A program made the position numbers and the translations under genes. From Vicinamibacterales bacterium (GTDB taxonomy: Bacteria > Acidobacteriota > Vicinamibacteria > Vicinamibacterales > SCN-69-37): 64,000 bases of DNA. The notes below the pieces were generated by a model that did not search any database, was not told the origin of the DNA, and saw nothing but the letters and a program-made list of their open reading frames with translations. The stretch lies in the NCBI GenBank assembly GCA_030827135.1, contig JAURFE010000003.1, positions 12,923-76,922 on the forward strand, given 5' to 3'. Shown piece by piece: positions 35,718-45,751 of the stretch (the first letter of the stretch is position 1; every line of letters begins with the position of its first letter).

Positions 35718-38405
35718 GTGCCCCGCCTCTTCCTGATTGACGGCAATTCCCAGATGTACCGCGCGTACCACGCAATTCGCGGTCTGACGGGTCCCGACGG
35801 CAAGTCCACCAACGCGGTCTACGGATTTGTCTCCATGTTGCGGAAACTCATTGCCGACCACAAGCCGGACTACCTGGTGGCCTCGTTTGACCTCCCCGGC
35901 CGGACGTTTCGCGACGACCTGTTTGCGGATTACAAGGCCAATCGAGCCCCCATGCCCGGCGACCTCGCCGAACAGGTCCCCCTCGTCCACGACGCCTGCG
36001 AAGCCATGGGGGTCCCCATCGTGAACGCGGACGGCTTTGAAGCCGACGATGTCATCGGCACGCTGGCGGTGCAGGCCAGGGCTGCGGGATTCGAAGTCGC
36101 CATCGTGACTGGCGACAAGGACTTCTTCCAACTGGTTGGCGACGGCCTCCGAATCTACAACCCGAAAGACGATGGCACGTGGTACGACACATCGGGAGTG
36201 GTCGAGCGATTTGGGGTGAGACCGGATCAGGTCGTCGACGTCCTCGCGCTCATGGGCGACTCGGTGGACAACATCAAAGGCGTGCCCGGCATCGGCGAAA
36301 AGGGCGCGCGCGAGTTGATCACGACGCACGGCACGCTGGACGCGCTGCTCGCGGCGGCGCCGTCGCTCACGCAGAAACGCTATCGGGAAGCCCTGGTCGC
36401 GCATGCCGACGACGCCAGGGCGAGCCGGGTGCTGGCGACCATCCGCACCGACGTGCCCGTCACGTTTGATGCGGAGTCGCTGCAATACACCGGCGCGGAC
36501 GCGACGCGCTGTTACGAACTGTTTTCGCGCCTCGGTTTCCGCACGATGACGGCCGAGTACGCGCCCACCGCCGCCACGTCGGCGCGCGACTACGCGATTG
36601 CGACGACGAACGAGGAACTGGCCGCGATCGTGGCTGAGGCGCGTGCGGCGGGTGAGGTGTCAATTGCCGCGCTGACGACAGACGGATCGGCGATGCGCGC
36701 GATGTTGACCGGCGTGGCGATGGCCACGACGGCAGGACGCGCCCGGTACATTCCCATCAGCCACTCAGGCCTGAGTGAAACGCCGAACGTCCCGATGGCC
36801 ACGGTTGTGGCCACACTCGGCCCAGTGCTCGCCGACCCGGGTGTGCGGAAGGTCGGCCACGACCTGAAGACCACCGCGGTGGTCCTGGCGCGGCACGGCC
36901 TGCCCATCGACGGCCTGGACCTCGACACGATGATCGCGAGTTATCTGGTCAATGCCACCGGATCGGGCCATGCCCTCGAGGAGCTGGCCCTTGAGCGAGC
37001 GGGGTATCGCGCCCTGACCCGGGACGATGTCACCGGTCGTGGCACAAAGGCCGTCGGGGTGGACGCGGTCCCTGCGGATTCACTGCTGGCATTCGCCGCC
37101 GAACGCGCAGACCTGCCGCTCACAGTGGCCGCGGGCCTGCGCGAGGACCTGATCACGGGCGGGCTCGACGGCATGTACCGCGACCTCGAACAGCCCCTGA
37201 TCCCGATTCTTGCGAACATCGAACGCGCCGGCGTGCGGATCGATGTCGCCGCACTTGCCCAACTGGGCAGGATGATGCAGCAGGAACTGGATGGGTTGTC
37301 TGCGCGCATCTTCGCGCACGCCGGCGGCGAGTTCAACATCAACTCGCCCAAACAGCTGAGCGAGGTATTGTTCGAGCGGTTGGCGCTGCCGGCAACGCGC
37401 AAGACCGGAAAGACCAGGGCCACGTCCACCGCGATGGACGTCCTTGAGGAGCTGGCCCTCGTGCACGAACTGCCGGGACTCGTGCTGCAGTGGCGGAGCA
37501 TCCAGAAGCTCAAGGGCACGTACGTGGATGCGCTGCCGGCCCTGGTGCATCCGCAGACGGGTCGTGTGCACACGACCTTCAATCAGGCCGTGGCCGCCAC
37601 GGGCCGTCTGAGCAGCAGCGACCCGAACCTGCAGAACATCCCCGTGCGCACGGCGACAGGCCGTGAAATCCGGGCAACCTTCATTGCGGAGCCGGGCTGC
37701 GCGCTGATCTCGGCCGACTATTCGCAGATCGAGCTCCGGGTGTTGGCGCATCTGTCTGGCGACGAGGCCCTGATCGAGGCTTTTCAGCGCGGCGAGGACA
37801 TTCACGACCGCACAGCCGAACGCGTGTTTGGCGCGGACAGTGGGCTCGATCCGCATGAGTTGCGGCGACGCGCGAAGATCATCAACTACGCGTTGTTGTA
37901 CGGCAAGACGGCGTTCACGCTTGCAAAGGACATCGGCGTGCCGCAGGCCGCCGCGCAGGCGTTCATCGATGCCTACTTCGCAGGCTTCCCCGGCGTGCGC
38001 CTTTACATCGACTCGACACTGGACGAAGCGCGCACCACCGGACTGGTAAAAACGATCACCGGTCGTCGTCGCATGATGCCGGAGCTGACCAGCACGAACG
38101 GTCAGGTGCGCGCGGCAGCTGAGCGCGAGACCGTCAACATGCCCATCCAGGGCACCGCAGCCGACATCCTGAAGCAGGCCATGATCGACGTCGCGGCCGC
38201 GCTCGCCACGCACAATCAGACGGCGACCGCCCCGACCCGCATGATTCTGACCGTGCACGACGAACTGCTGTTTGAAGCCCCGGAGGCCGACGTACCGGTG
38301 GTGTCTGCCCTGGTCCGGGACGTCATGCAAAATGCCTTCCCCCTGCGGGTTCCGCTCACTGTGGACGTCGGATCAGGCCCAAACTGGAAGCTTGCAAAAT
38401 CATAA
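35718..38405 (+). CDS. polA: DNA polymerase I
   Basis: 5'-nuclease N-terminus (LFLIDGNSQMYRAYHA), a 3'-5' exonuclease-like domain and polymerase motifs (DYSQIELRVLAH, QGTAADI, VHDE). Start is GTG 35718 (preferred) or ATG 35667. Confidence 0.95.
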   Translation: MPRLFLIDGNSQMYRAYHAIRGLTGPDGKSTNAVYGFVSMLRKLIADHKPDYLVASFDLPGRTFRDDLFADYKANRAPMPGDLAEQVPLVHDACEAMGVPIVNADGFEADDVIGTLAVQARAAGFEVAIVTGDKDFFQLVGDGLRIYNPKDDGTWYDTSGVVERFGVRPDQVVDVLALMGDSVDNIKGVPGIGEKGARELITTHGTLDALLAAAPSLTQKRYREALVAHADDARASRVLATIRTDVPVTFDAESLQYTGADATRCYELFSRLGFRTMTAEYAPTAATSARDYAIATTNEELAAIVAEARAAGEVSIAALTTDGSAMRAMLTGVAMATTAGRARYIPISHSGLSETPNVPMATVVATLGPVLADPGVRKVGHDLKTTAVVLARHGLPIDGLDLDTMIASYLVNATGSGHALEELALERAGYRALTRDDVTGRGTKAVGVDAVPADSLLAFAAERADLPLTVAAGLREDLITGGLDGMYRDLEQPLIPILANIERAGVRIDVAALAQLGRMMQQELDGLSARIFAHAGGEFNINSPKQLSEVLFERLALPATRKTGKTRATSTAMDVLEELALVHELPGLVLQWRSIQKLKGTYVDALPALVHPQTGRVHTTFNQAVAATGRLSSSDPNLQNIPVRTATGREIRATFIAEPGCALISADYSQIELRVLAHLSGDEALIEAFQRGEDIHDRTAERVFGADSGLDPHELRRRAKIINYALLYGKTAFTLAKDIGVPQAAAQAFIDAYFAGFPGVRLYIDSTLDEARTTGLVKTITGRRRMMPELTSTNGQVRAAAERETVNMPIQGTAADILKQAMIDVAAALATHNQTATAPTRMILTVHDELLFEAPEADVPVVSALVRDVMQNAFPLRVPLTVDVGSGPNWKLAKS

Positions 38406-38441
38406 CAAGTTCCATTAACTCTTTTCGATTCAACAGTTTAA

Positions 38442-38469
38442 ATCCTCACTCCTCAATCCTCCATCCTCA
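38442..38469. repeat. tandem heptamer (ATCCTCA)x4
   Basis: ATCCTCA CTCCTCA ATCCTCC ATCCTCA lies in the polA-pcnB intergenic region, ending 19 nt upstream of the TATAAT at 38489. Confidence 0.8.
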
Positions 38470-38488
38470 ATGTCTCTCATTGCGCCCC

Positions 38489-38494
38489 TATAAT
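38489..38494 (+). promoter_or_regulatory. -10 box (TATAAT) 8 nt upstream of the pcnB GTG
   Basis: Perfect TATAAT, then tccttttc, then GTG 38503. No SD-like purine run lies between them. Confidence 0.5.
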
Positions 38495-38502
38495 TCCTTT
38501 TC

Positions 38503-39813
38503 GTGGTTGAGCCCGTCATCGTTCCGCGCGCCGAGCACACGATCTCGCGCCGTGACATTGACCCGGACGCGCTCAAGGTCCTGTATCGACTGCAGCAAGC
38601 CCAGCACCACGCCTACCTCGTGGGAGGGGGCGTGCGCGACCTGCTGCTTGGGCGGCGGCCGAAGGACTTCGACATCGGCACGAGTGCCCATCCCTACGAG
38701 GTCAAGAAGCTTTTCCGCAACTGCTGGATCATCGGCCGGCGCTTCCGCCTGGCCCATGTGAAGTTCGGCCCGAAGACGATCGAAGTCGCGACATTCCGCA
38801 AGAACGTGCCCGACCCGCTGCCCGGTGATGCCGCTGACGCCTCGGACGAATCACAGGTCGTTGCGAGCGTCCCGGCGCCGCTCAGTACCGACGGCATCAT
38901 TCGGCGCGACAACACGTTCGGGACGCCAGAAGAAGACGCATTCCGGCGCGACTTCACGGTGAACGCACTGTTCTACGACATCGCGACATACTCCATCATC
39001 GACTACGTCGGCGGCCTGCGCGATCTTGAGAAACGCGTGATTCGCAGCATCGGAGATCCGATGGTGCGATTCGTCGAGGATCCCGTCCGCATGCTGCGCG
39101 CGGCCGTCTTCGCCGCGCGTCTCGGATTCACCATCGACGATGTGGTGCTCGACGCGATTCGCGAACTGCGTCCGCTCATTGCGAAGGCCTCACCGGCGCG
39201 GCTCCTGGAGGAGTACTACAAGATTCTCCGCTCCGGGTACGCCGAAGCGAGTTTACGGATGTTGCACGATCTCGGACTGCTGCAGCTGATGACACCCGAG
39301 TTGAAGCACGTGTCGGACGGCGTGTGGGAGGCGCTCGCGCGCCTGGACGCCCACCGCCGCCGCTTCGATGCGCCGCCGCCGGAGCTGACGAACACGCTGC
39401 TGATGGGCGCCCTGCTCGCGCCCCTCGGGCTGGTTACGCGGCGGCACGGTTCCTCCGGCGACGCCCGCGTGCAGCTGGGTCTGTTGCCGATCGCGCGTCG
39501 CGACCTCGACCGCCTGGCGCAGGTGCTGACGATGGTGCCACGTTTGACGGATCCGGAGTTGCCATCGCGCATCGCGAAGGGCCTGCCGAACCGGCCGGCG
39601 TTTGGTGATGCCTTGGTGTGGCTGCAGGTGTTCGGCGATGCGCCCGATGTGGTGGACCAGTGGATGGCACTCCGAGAGTCGCTGCCACGACCGACGAGCG
39701 CTGAAGGTGAGGCGGCGGCCGCCGCTGATGGAACCGGTCGCCAAAAACGTCGCCGTCGTGGACGCCGTCGCGGCCGTGGCCGCGGCGCGTCACCGGCGAA
39801 GGTCGCCGATTAA
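38503..39813 (+). CDS. pcnB: poly(A) polymerase I / tRNA nucleotidyltransferase family protein
   Basis: YLVGGGVRDLLLGRRPKDFDIGT nucleotidyltransferase motif and RRFRLAHVKFG. Arg-rich C-terminal tail (RQKRRRRGRRRGRGRG). GTG start. Confidence 0.85.
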   Translation: MVEPVIVPRAEHTISRRDIDPDALKVLYRLQQAQHHAYLVGGGVRDLLLGRRPKDFDIGTSAHPYEVKKLFRNCWIIGRRFRLAHVKFGPKTIEVATFRKNVPDPLPGDAADASDESQVVASVPAPLSTDGIIRRDNTFGTPEEDAFRRDFTVNALFYDIATYSIIDYVGGLRDLEKRVIRSIGDPMVRFVEDPVRMLRAAVFAARLGFTIDDVVLDAIRELRPLIAKASPARLLEEYYKILRSGYAEASLRMLHDLGLLQLMTPELKHVSDGVWEALARLDAHRRRFDAPPPELTNTLLMGALLAPLGLVTRRHGSSGDARVQLGLLPIARRDLDRLAQVLTMVPRLTDPELPSRIAKGLPNRPAFGDALVWLQVFGDAPDVVDQWMALRESLPRPTSAEGEAAAAADGTGRQKRRRRGRRRGRGRGASPAKVAD

Positions 39814-41895
39814 CAGCCTCACCCCGACGCGCGCCGCACGCCCTGGTGCGACGCTGACGAGCGGGGTTCGCCCGGTTTCCACGCGGCCATCAAACACATT
39901 CTCGACGACACCAAACACGGCCGCTCGGCCGAACGTCACCTGCGCGCGTGCATCCACCTGCGTGGCCGACGCCAGCCTGAACACATTCCGGTCATCGTCG
40001 AACTGGTGGCCCGTCGAGCGCGCGACCACACTCATCACACCGCGAGCCATCAAGAAGTCCGCGGCGACCGTGCCGCTCGCCTTTGGCACCTGCGGCAGGC
40101 GCTTCCCGTTCAGGATCGGCTCGGTGGCGTTGTCGAACATGGCGTCCACCCACTGCAGCGATCCACGCACACGCAGCCGTTCGGTCGGTCGCCACTCGCC
40201 GTCCACTTCGACACCCCGGGCCACGGCGTCTCCGGCGTTCTGACGCTGCCGCACGGTATTTGTCACCGTGACGTTCACAATGGCGTCCTGCACGACGGAC
40301 GCAAATGCCGTTGCGCCGAGGGTCCACATGTTCCGCTGAAGCCGGACGCCGCCCTCCAGTGCGCGGGCCCGCTCCGGCCTCAGGTCAGGATTCGGATTGG
40401 TGAGCAGCGCGCCCACACGGAAGCCGCGGGCGAGTTCGTTGAGCGTCGGCCATCGATGACTGGTCGCGGCCGATCCCCGCACGGTCATCAGGGTGGTCGC
40501 CTGCCACTCGAGGGCCACACGACCCACGCCCGCCCGATCGCGTGCCGCATCGGCGTCGGGTGCCGCGCGCCATTCCCGGCGGAGGCCGGCGCTGATCGTG
40601 AGATTGGGCCGTCCGGTCCAGGCCGCCTGGGCTGACAGACTCTCCGCGTCATCACGCAGCGACACGTTGGTGGCGGTCGTCGGACGAACTTCGGCGAAGT
40701 CGGCCGCTGCCCTAGAGGCGGTGGCTCGCACCAGGGCGTACCCTTCGGCGGCTGACCGGCCCAGTTCCACCGCCGCGCGGGTCGTGGTGCCTCCAATCCG
40801 CTGGGTCGAGGTCAGCGACTCACTGACGCGACCCGAGGCCACGGCCGAGAACGTTTGATCAAATGTGTTCGGGCTGATCGATGCGTGCGCCGAAAACGTG
40901 GTCGCTGCGGCCGCAGCTACGTACGACGTCGCCAGCGTGGAGCCCGACATCCGGTTGCGTTGCAGTACCGTGCCGTTGCCGCGGTCATCGCGCCCGCTGA
41001 GTCCCGACATGGACCACCGCCCAAGGGGAAGCGACACGTCCACGCGCCCAAACACATTCCACCACTCCGCATCGGCGGGGCGATCCACGATGCCCGCCGC
41101 GCTCGCTTCCAGCGGGATGGCGCCGTCGGACCTGAATCCACCGCCGGCGCCGAACCAGGACACCCGGCCCTGACGACCTCCCCCGGACGCGTCAATCGTG
41201 TACGTCGAGGCCGAGCCACCTTCAATCGACAGGCTCCCCAGCGAACGATCCGGCACAGCCGACTGCAGGCGCAGGACTCCACCGAGTGCATCCGATCCGA
41301 ACCGATCACCGGCCGCTCCGGAGATCACGTCGATCCGATCGAGCGCGCCCGCGGGCACACGCGTCCAGGTGACCCAGCCTCCAAACCCATCGTTGAGGGG
41401 AATGCCATCGAGGATGACGAGCCCACGGCTCGCGCCGGACGCCGACAGGCCGCGCATCGTCACGCCATGGGTTGTCGGGTTGGCATAACGGGATGACGAC
41501 CGTCGGAACAGGGAGAACCCCGCCACGGTCCGCAGCCGCTCATCCAACGTCACGGCCGGTGCGATGGCGAGTGTCTCCCTGGACAGCGAGACGCCCCCTG
41601 GAGGGGCTCCGGAAGCCGCAACGACGACCGACGCGTCCGCGGCACGGGGCAGCAGGGTAACCGCCACAGGCGACGCTGTGACCCGCAGGCGGATGGTCGC
41701 AAATCCCGGTGCCGAGACGACGAGATCGAGTGGCAATTCCAGCGCGTCGAATGTGAACTCGCCATTCGCCCCGGTCGTGGCGGTCTCGACCTCGCGCACG
41801 ATCGCGGTCACCGTCGCGCCCGCAATGGGCGACCCGTCAGGCGCTGCCACCGTACCCGTCAGCAGAAGTGCCAGCGCTGCAGACGTCACACCCAT
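39790..41895 (-). CDS. TonB-dependent receptor with N-terminal CarboxypepD_reg domain
   Basis: Signal peptide, CarboxypepD_reg domain (GATVTAIVREVETATTGANGEFTF), plug (GVTMRGLSASGASRGLVILDGIPLND) and a long beta-barrel. The 3' end overlaps the pcnB 3' end by 24 nt (convergent). Confidence 0.8.
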   Translation of the reverse strand: MGVTSAALALLLTGTVAAPDGSPIAGATVTAIVREVETATTGANGEFTFDALELPLDLVVSAPGFATIRLRVTASPVAVTLLPRAADASVVVAASGAPPGGVSLSRETLAIAPAVTLDERLRTVAGFSLFRRSSSRYANPTTHGVTMRGLSASGASRGLVILDGIPLNDGFGGWVTWTRVPAGALDRIDVISGAAGDRFGSDALGGVLRLQSAVPDRSLGSLSIEGGSASTYTIDASGGGRQGRVSWFGAGGGFRSDGAIPLEASAAGIVDRPADAEWWNVFGRVDVSLPLGRWSMSGLSGRDDRGNGTVLQRNRMSGSTLATSYVAAAAATTFSAHASISPNTFDQTFSAVASGRVSESLTSTQRIGGTTTRAAVELGRSAAEGYALVRATASRAAADFAEVRPTTATNVSLRDDAESLSAQAAWTGRPNLTISAGLRREWRAAPDADAARDRAGVGRVALEWQATTLMTVRGSAATSHRWPTLNELARGFRVGALLTNPNPDLRPERARALEGGVRLQRNMWTLGATAFASVVQDAIVNVTVTNTVRQRQNAGDAVARGVEVDGEWRPTERLRVRGSLQWVDAMFDNATEPILNGKRLPQVPKASGTVAADFLMARGVMSVVARSTGHQFDDDRNVFRLASATQVDARAQVTFGRAAVFGVVENVFDGRVETGRTPLVSVAPGRAARVGVRLLIGDLRR

Positions 41896-41922
41896 ACAAC
41901 CCTACCCAACCCTACCTGCAAT

Positions 41923-41949
41923 GGCGCGCCACACCCCAGCGCGTCCTAC
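41923..41949. repeat. degenerate REP-like element
   Basis: GGCGCGCC-acacccc-AGCGCGTCCTAC has imperfect arms. It is adjacent to the direct duplication CAACCCTAC x2 (41897-41915). Confidence 0.4.
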
Positions 41950-41950
41950 G

Positions 41951-43039
41951 TCACCCGTTCTTGCGCTCGAACTCCCGCATGAAATCCACCAGCGCCGTGA
42001 CGCCTTCTTCGGGGAACGCGTTGTAGATGGACGCGCGCATGCCGCCGACGCTGCGGTGGCCCTTGAGGCCGTCGAAGCCGGCCGCCGTCGCGGCTTTGGC
42101 GAACGTGTTTTCCAGTTCTTCGCTCGGCAGACGGAACGTGATGTTCATGCGCGAACGCGCATCCTTCCGCGCGTGTGGACGCCAGAACTCCGTGCGATCC
42201 AACTCCGCGTACAAGGTGTTCGCCTTGCGAATGTTGATCTGCTCGATGGCGGCCAGGCCGCCGACGCCCTTCAGCCACTTCAACACCAGGCCCAGGATGT
42301 AAATCCCGAACGCGGGCGGCGTGTTGTAACGCGAGCCGTTTTCCGCATGCACCTTGTAGTGCATCATCGTCGGCAACGAGTCCGCCGAACGGTCGAGTAG
42401 ATCTTCCCGGATGATAACGACCGTGACACCAGAGGGGCCGAGGTTCTTCTGTGCACCGGCGTAGATGAGGCCGTGCCTGGCGATGTCAATCGGCCGGGAA
42501 AACATGTTGGAGGACGTGTCCGACACCAGCGGCACCTCCCCCACCGACGGCAGGTGATGCCATTCGGTGCCGTGGATGGTGTTGTTGGACGTCATGTGGA
42601 CGTAGGCGGCGCCTGGCGTCAGCGTCAACGCGTCCTGCGCGGGAATGTGATCGAAGTTCGTGGGTTCGGTGGTCGCGGCCACTGATGTCTTGCCGACCTT
42701 CTTCGCTTCCTTGAGCGCCTTTTTGCCCCAGTCACCGGTGAGGATGTAGTCGGCGGTGGCGCCCGCCGTCAGCAGGTTCATGGGCACCATGGAGAACTGC
42801 GTGCTCGCGCCCCCCTGCAGAAACAGAATCCGGTAATCGTCGGGTATGCCGGCCAGCGAGCGCATGTCCGCCTCGGCGTTTTCCAGAATCGCGTCAAACG
42901 GCTTTGAACGGTGGCTGATTTCCATCACCGACATGCCGACGCCCGGCAGCGCGATCAGATCACGTTGCGCTTCTTCGAGCACGGGCAGCGGCAGAACGGC
43001 AGGACCGGCGGAAAAGTTGTAGATGCGATGTATGGACAT
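41951..43039 (-). CDS. serC: 3-phosphoserine / phosphohydroxythreonine aminotransferase
   Basis: YNFSAGPAVLPLPVLEEAQRDL N-terminus, 362 aa, class-V aminotransferase layout, with KNLGPSG holding the PLP lysine. Confidence 0.93.
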   Translation of the reverse strand: MSIHRIYNFSAGPAVLPLPVLEEAQRDLIALPGVGMSVMEISHRSKPFDAILENAEADMRSLAGIPDDYRILFLQGGASTQFSMVPMNLLTAGATADYILTGDWGKKALKEAKKVGKTSVAATTEPTNFDHIPAQDALTLTPGAAYVHMTSNNTIHGTEWHHLPSVGEVPLVSDTSSNMFSRPIDIARHGLIYAGAQKNLGPSGVTVVIIREDLLDRSADSLPTMMHYKVHAENGSRYNTPPAFGIYILGLVLKWLKGVGGLAAIEQINIRKANTLYAELDRTEFWRPHARKDARSRMNITFRLPSEELENTFAKAATAAGFDGLKGHRSVGGMRASIYNAFPEEGVTALVDFMREFERKNG

Positions 43040-43050
43040 GACGGGATGCC

Positions 43051-44268
43051 TCAGATGCGATGCACGAGCAGGCCATCGCGCAACTTGGGTTCAAACCAGG
43101 TGGACTTGGGCGGCATGATGTCGCCGGCGTCTGACACGGCGAGCAGGTCGTCCACCGACACAGGGAACATCGAGAACGCGACGGCCGCCCGGCCTTCGTT
43201 CACCGCGGCTTCGAGGGCGGCCGTCCCTCTCGCGCCGCCGACAAAGTCGATGCGCTTATCCGTGCGAACGTCGCCGATGCCCAGCAGGGGCGTCAGCACT
43301 TCGCGCTGCAACACCGCAACAGCGAGGCTGTCGGCACGTGATGTGCCGGCCGGTGAACCGGGCAGCGTCACAGTGTGCCAGCGACCGTCCACATAGACCG
43401 ACACATCCTCAGGACGCTCGGGAACCGGGCCGCCGTCGCGCACCACAAGCCGCGACCGCAACGCCGAAAGGAACTCCGGCGCGGACTGCCCGTTGAGGTC
43501 CTTCACGACGCGGTGGTAGGGCAGGATCTTCAACTGGCGGTCGGGAAACGCCACAGCGATGAAGTGATCCGCCAGTTCCGTGGACTCGCCGCGCTCGCGC
43601 AGTGTGGCGCGCGCACGAGCCGCACTGGCCGCGCGGTGGTGTCCGTCGGCGATATACAGCGCGGGAATCGCGGCAAACGCCGCCACGAGCGCGTCCCTGT
43701 CCGCCGGCGGCACGATCCACACGGTGTGACGAATCCCGTCCGGTGCCGCGAAGTCGTACAGCGGCTGACCGGTGTATACACGCGCGGCAATGGCATCCAC
43801 CGCCCCTACGGCCCGGTACGTAAGGAACACCACGCCCGTCTGCGCGCGGACGACGGTGATGTGACGCGTACGGTCGTCTTCCTTGTCGGGCCGCGTCTTT
43901 TCGTGTTTCCTGATCAGGTCGCGTTCGTACTCATCCACGCTGAAGCACCCGGCCAGTCCGGTCTGCACGTGGTCCCCCATCTGCTGACGGTAGAAATACA
44001 GGGAGGGCTCGGCGTCCTCCACCAGCGGGGCCCCCGCTTCGAGCGCGCGGAGATTGCCGGCGGCGCGGTCATACACGGCCGGGGCGTACGGGTCAGCCCC
44101 GTCAGGAAATTCGACCTCGGATCGGGTGACGCGGAGAAAACTCAGAGGATTGTCGGCCGCGAGCGCGCGGGCCTCGTCGGTGGAGACCACGTCGTAGGGC
44201 ACCGACGCTACTCGCGCGGCCGCCGACGGCGCCGGACGCAGCGCCCGGAACGGTGAGAGGTGAGCCAT
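43051..44268 (-). CDS. DUF1015 domain-containing protein
   Basis: The N-terminus MAHLSPFRALRPAPSAAARVASVPYDVVSTDEARALAADNPLSFLRVTRSE is characteristic of DUF1015. Lies directly upstream of serC. Confidence 0.8.
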   Translation of the reverse strand: MAHLSPFRALRPAPSAAARVASVPYDVVSTDEARALAADNPLSFLRVTRSEVEFPDGADPYAPAVYDRAAGNLRALEAGAPLVEDAEPSLYFYRQQMGDHVQTGLAGCFSVDEYERDLIRKHEKTRPDKEDDRTRHITVVRAQTGVVFLTYRAVGAVDAIAARVYTGQPLYDFAAPDGIRHTVWIVPPADRDALVAAFAAIPALYIADGHHRAASAARARATLRERGESTELADHFIAVAFPDRQLKILPYHRVVKDLNGQSAPEFLSALRSRLVVRDGGPVPERPEDVSVYVDGRWHTVTLPGSPAGTSRADSLAVAVLQREVLTPLLGIGDVRTDKRIDFVGGARGTAALEAAVNEGRAAVAFSMFPVSVDDLLAVSDAGDIMPPKSTWFEPKLRDGLLVHRI

Positions 44269-44281
44269 GGCTGAAAGAAGT

Positions 44282-45577
44282 CTACTGGCCCGAGGCGCCG
44301 GACAGAACCGGCGCGGGCGCGGCAGACGACAACGTCTGGCGGAGTTGTCCGAACAGGCGATCCCGGGCCTCGAGGAATGCCCCCATCTTGTCGGCAGGAA
44401 TCGGGACGCCGGGCGGCATATTCCGGTGTTCGGTCACCGGGTTCACGTGCGCGCCCCCCTTCTTCAGTTCGTAATGCAGGTGGGTCGCGGTGACCGTCCC
44501 CGAGTTGCCGACGCGGCCGATCGTCTGGCCCTGGTCCACCTTCGCACCAGGACGAATGCCCGGCGCGATCGCCGACAGGTGAAAATACGCGCTCTCGTAG
44601 CCGTTCACGTGGCGCACCACGACGCGCCGGCCGGCGCCGCCCGACCAGCCCGCCGCGACCACAGTACCCGCCGAGACCGAGACGACCGGGGTGCCGTAGG
44701 CGGCGCGGTAGTCCACACCGCGATGGGCGCGATACACACCGAGCACCGGATGCAGCCGCGACCTCGAGAAACTCGACGTCACGGTGGGTTCAAACCCCAG
44801 GGGCGACTTGAGAAACTGTCGTTTGAGGGACCGCCCGTCCGCGTCGTACCAGCCGAGGCGGCCGTCCGGGCCTTCGTGACGAATGGCGGTCAAGGTGCGG
44901 CCGTCGTTGTGAAGCACCGCCGCCTGCACGCCGTCGTAGCCAGAAAATTCACCGTCGCGCATCACGCGGCCGAACAACACCTCAAAGCGATCGCCATCCT
45001 GCAGGTCTGAATTGAAGTCCACGTCACCGGAGAACGCCTCCGACAGCAACAACGCGAGCTGGAGGTTCTCCCCCTTGTCCTGCAGGGCGGCAAAAAGGGA
45101 CGGCCGGGCTTTGGTGATTTCCACCTCCACCGCATCCACGACCACTTCCTTCGGATACGGAACGACTTCGACGTCGAACTCGGGAGTCTCGACCGGACTG
45201 TCGTCCTTTAGCGCCACGCGCAGAAACCGATCCGCATCCAGTCGATAGCGGAACTCCTGGAACAACCCATCCAGCGTCGTCGTGACACGGTACGGCCGAT
45301 CGGCCTGCAGGTGGCGTGGGTTGAAGACGGAGCGAACGGCGCCCACGATGGAATCGGCAAAGGGCGAGGATGCGGGATGGCTCTTGAGGACGCTTTCGAG
45401 CGTGGCGTTGCGAGGGACGGTGGCTTCCACAATGGCCACGTCAAGCGGGAGTCGCACGTCGTCGTGGACGGCACCCTGGGAAAAATCACGGTCCAGCGAG
45501 GTCAGCACGGCCGCCATCGTGACAGCGCCAACAATGGCGGCCGCCGCGAGCACCGGCACCAATCGGGACCTAGACAT
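44282..45577 (-). CDS. M23-family metallopeptidase (peptidoglycan DD-endopeptidase-like)
   Basis: HRGVDYRAAYGTPV...GNSGTVTATHLHYEL (HxxxD and HxH motifs). N-terminal TM anchor. GAGGA SD adjacent to the ATG. Confidence 0.9.
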   Translation of the reverse strand: MSRSRLVPVLAAAAIVGAVTMAAVLTSLDRDFSQGAVHDDVRLPLDVAIVEATVPRNATLESVLKSHPASSPFADSIVGAVRSVFNPRHLQADRPYRVTTTLDGLFQEFRYRLDADRFLRVALKDDSPVETPEFDVEVVPYPKEVVVDAVEVEITKARPSLFAALQDKGENLQLALLLSEAFSGDVDFNSDLQDGDRFEVLFGRVMRDGEFSGYDGVQAAVLHNDGRTLTAIRHEGPDGRLGWYDADGRSLKRQFLKSPLGFEPTVTSSFSRSRLHPVLGVYRAHRGVDYRAAYGTPVVSVSAGTVVAAGWSGGAGRRVVVRHVNGYESAYFHLSAIAPGIRPGAKVDQGQTIGRVGNSGTVTATHLHYELKKGGAHVNPVTEHRNMPPGVPIPADKMGAFLEARDRLFGQLRQTLSSAAPAPVLSGASGQ

Positions 45578-45683
45578 TCCTCACACGCTCCATGGCAGCA
45601 ACCCCCAACCCCCCAATACCTTACCATCCGCCGGGCCGAGGCGTATGGCGAACCACCGCGACGGGCCCGGTGGGCGGCAGCGT

Positions 45684-45751
45684 TGTACGTAGGGCACGCT
45701 GGTTTTGAGCGTGCCAATGTACGTAGGGCACGCTGGTTTTGAGCGTGCCAA
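45684..45751. repeat. perfect tandem duplication (2 x 34 bp) of a REP-like hairpin unit
   Basis: TGTACGTAGGGCACGCTggttttgAGCGTGCCAA occurs at 45684-45717 and is repeated exactly at 45718-45751. Each unit holds an 8-bp perfect stem (GGCACGCT/AGCGTGCC). Confidence 0.85.

Noticed and set aside
45684-45751. Possible CRISPR array
   Set aside because: There are only two directly abutting identical 34-bp units with no spacers and no cas genes. The units belong to the REP-like palindrome family.
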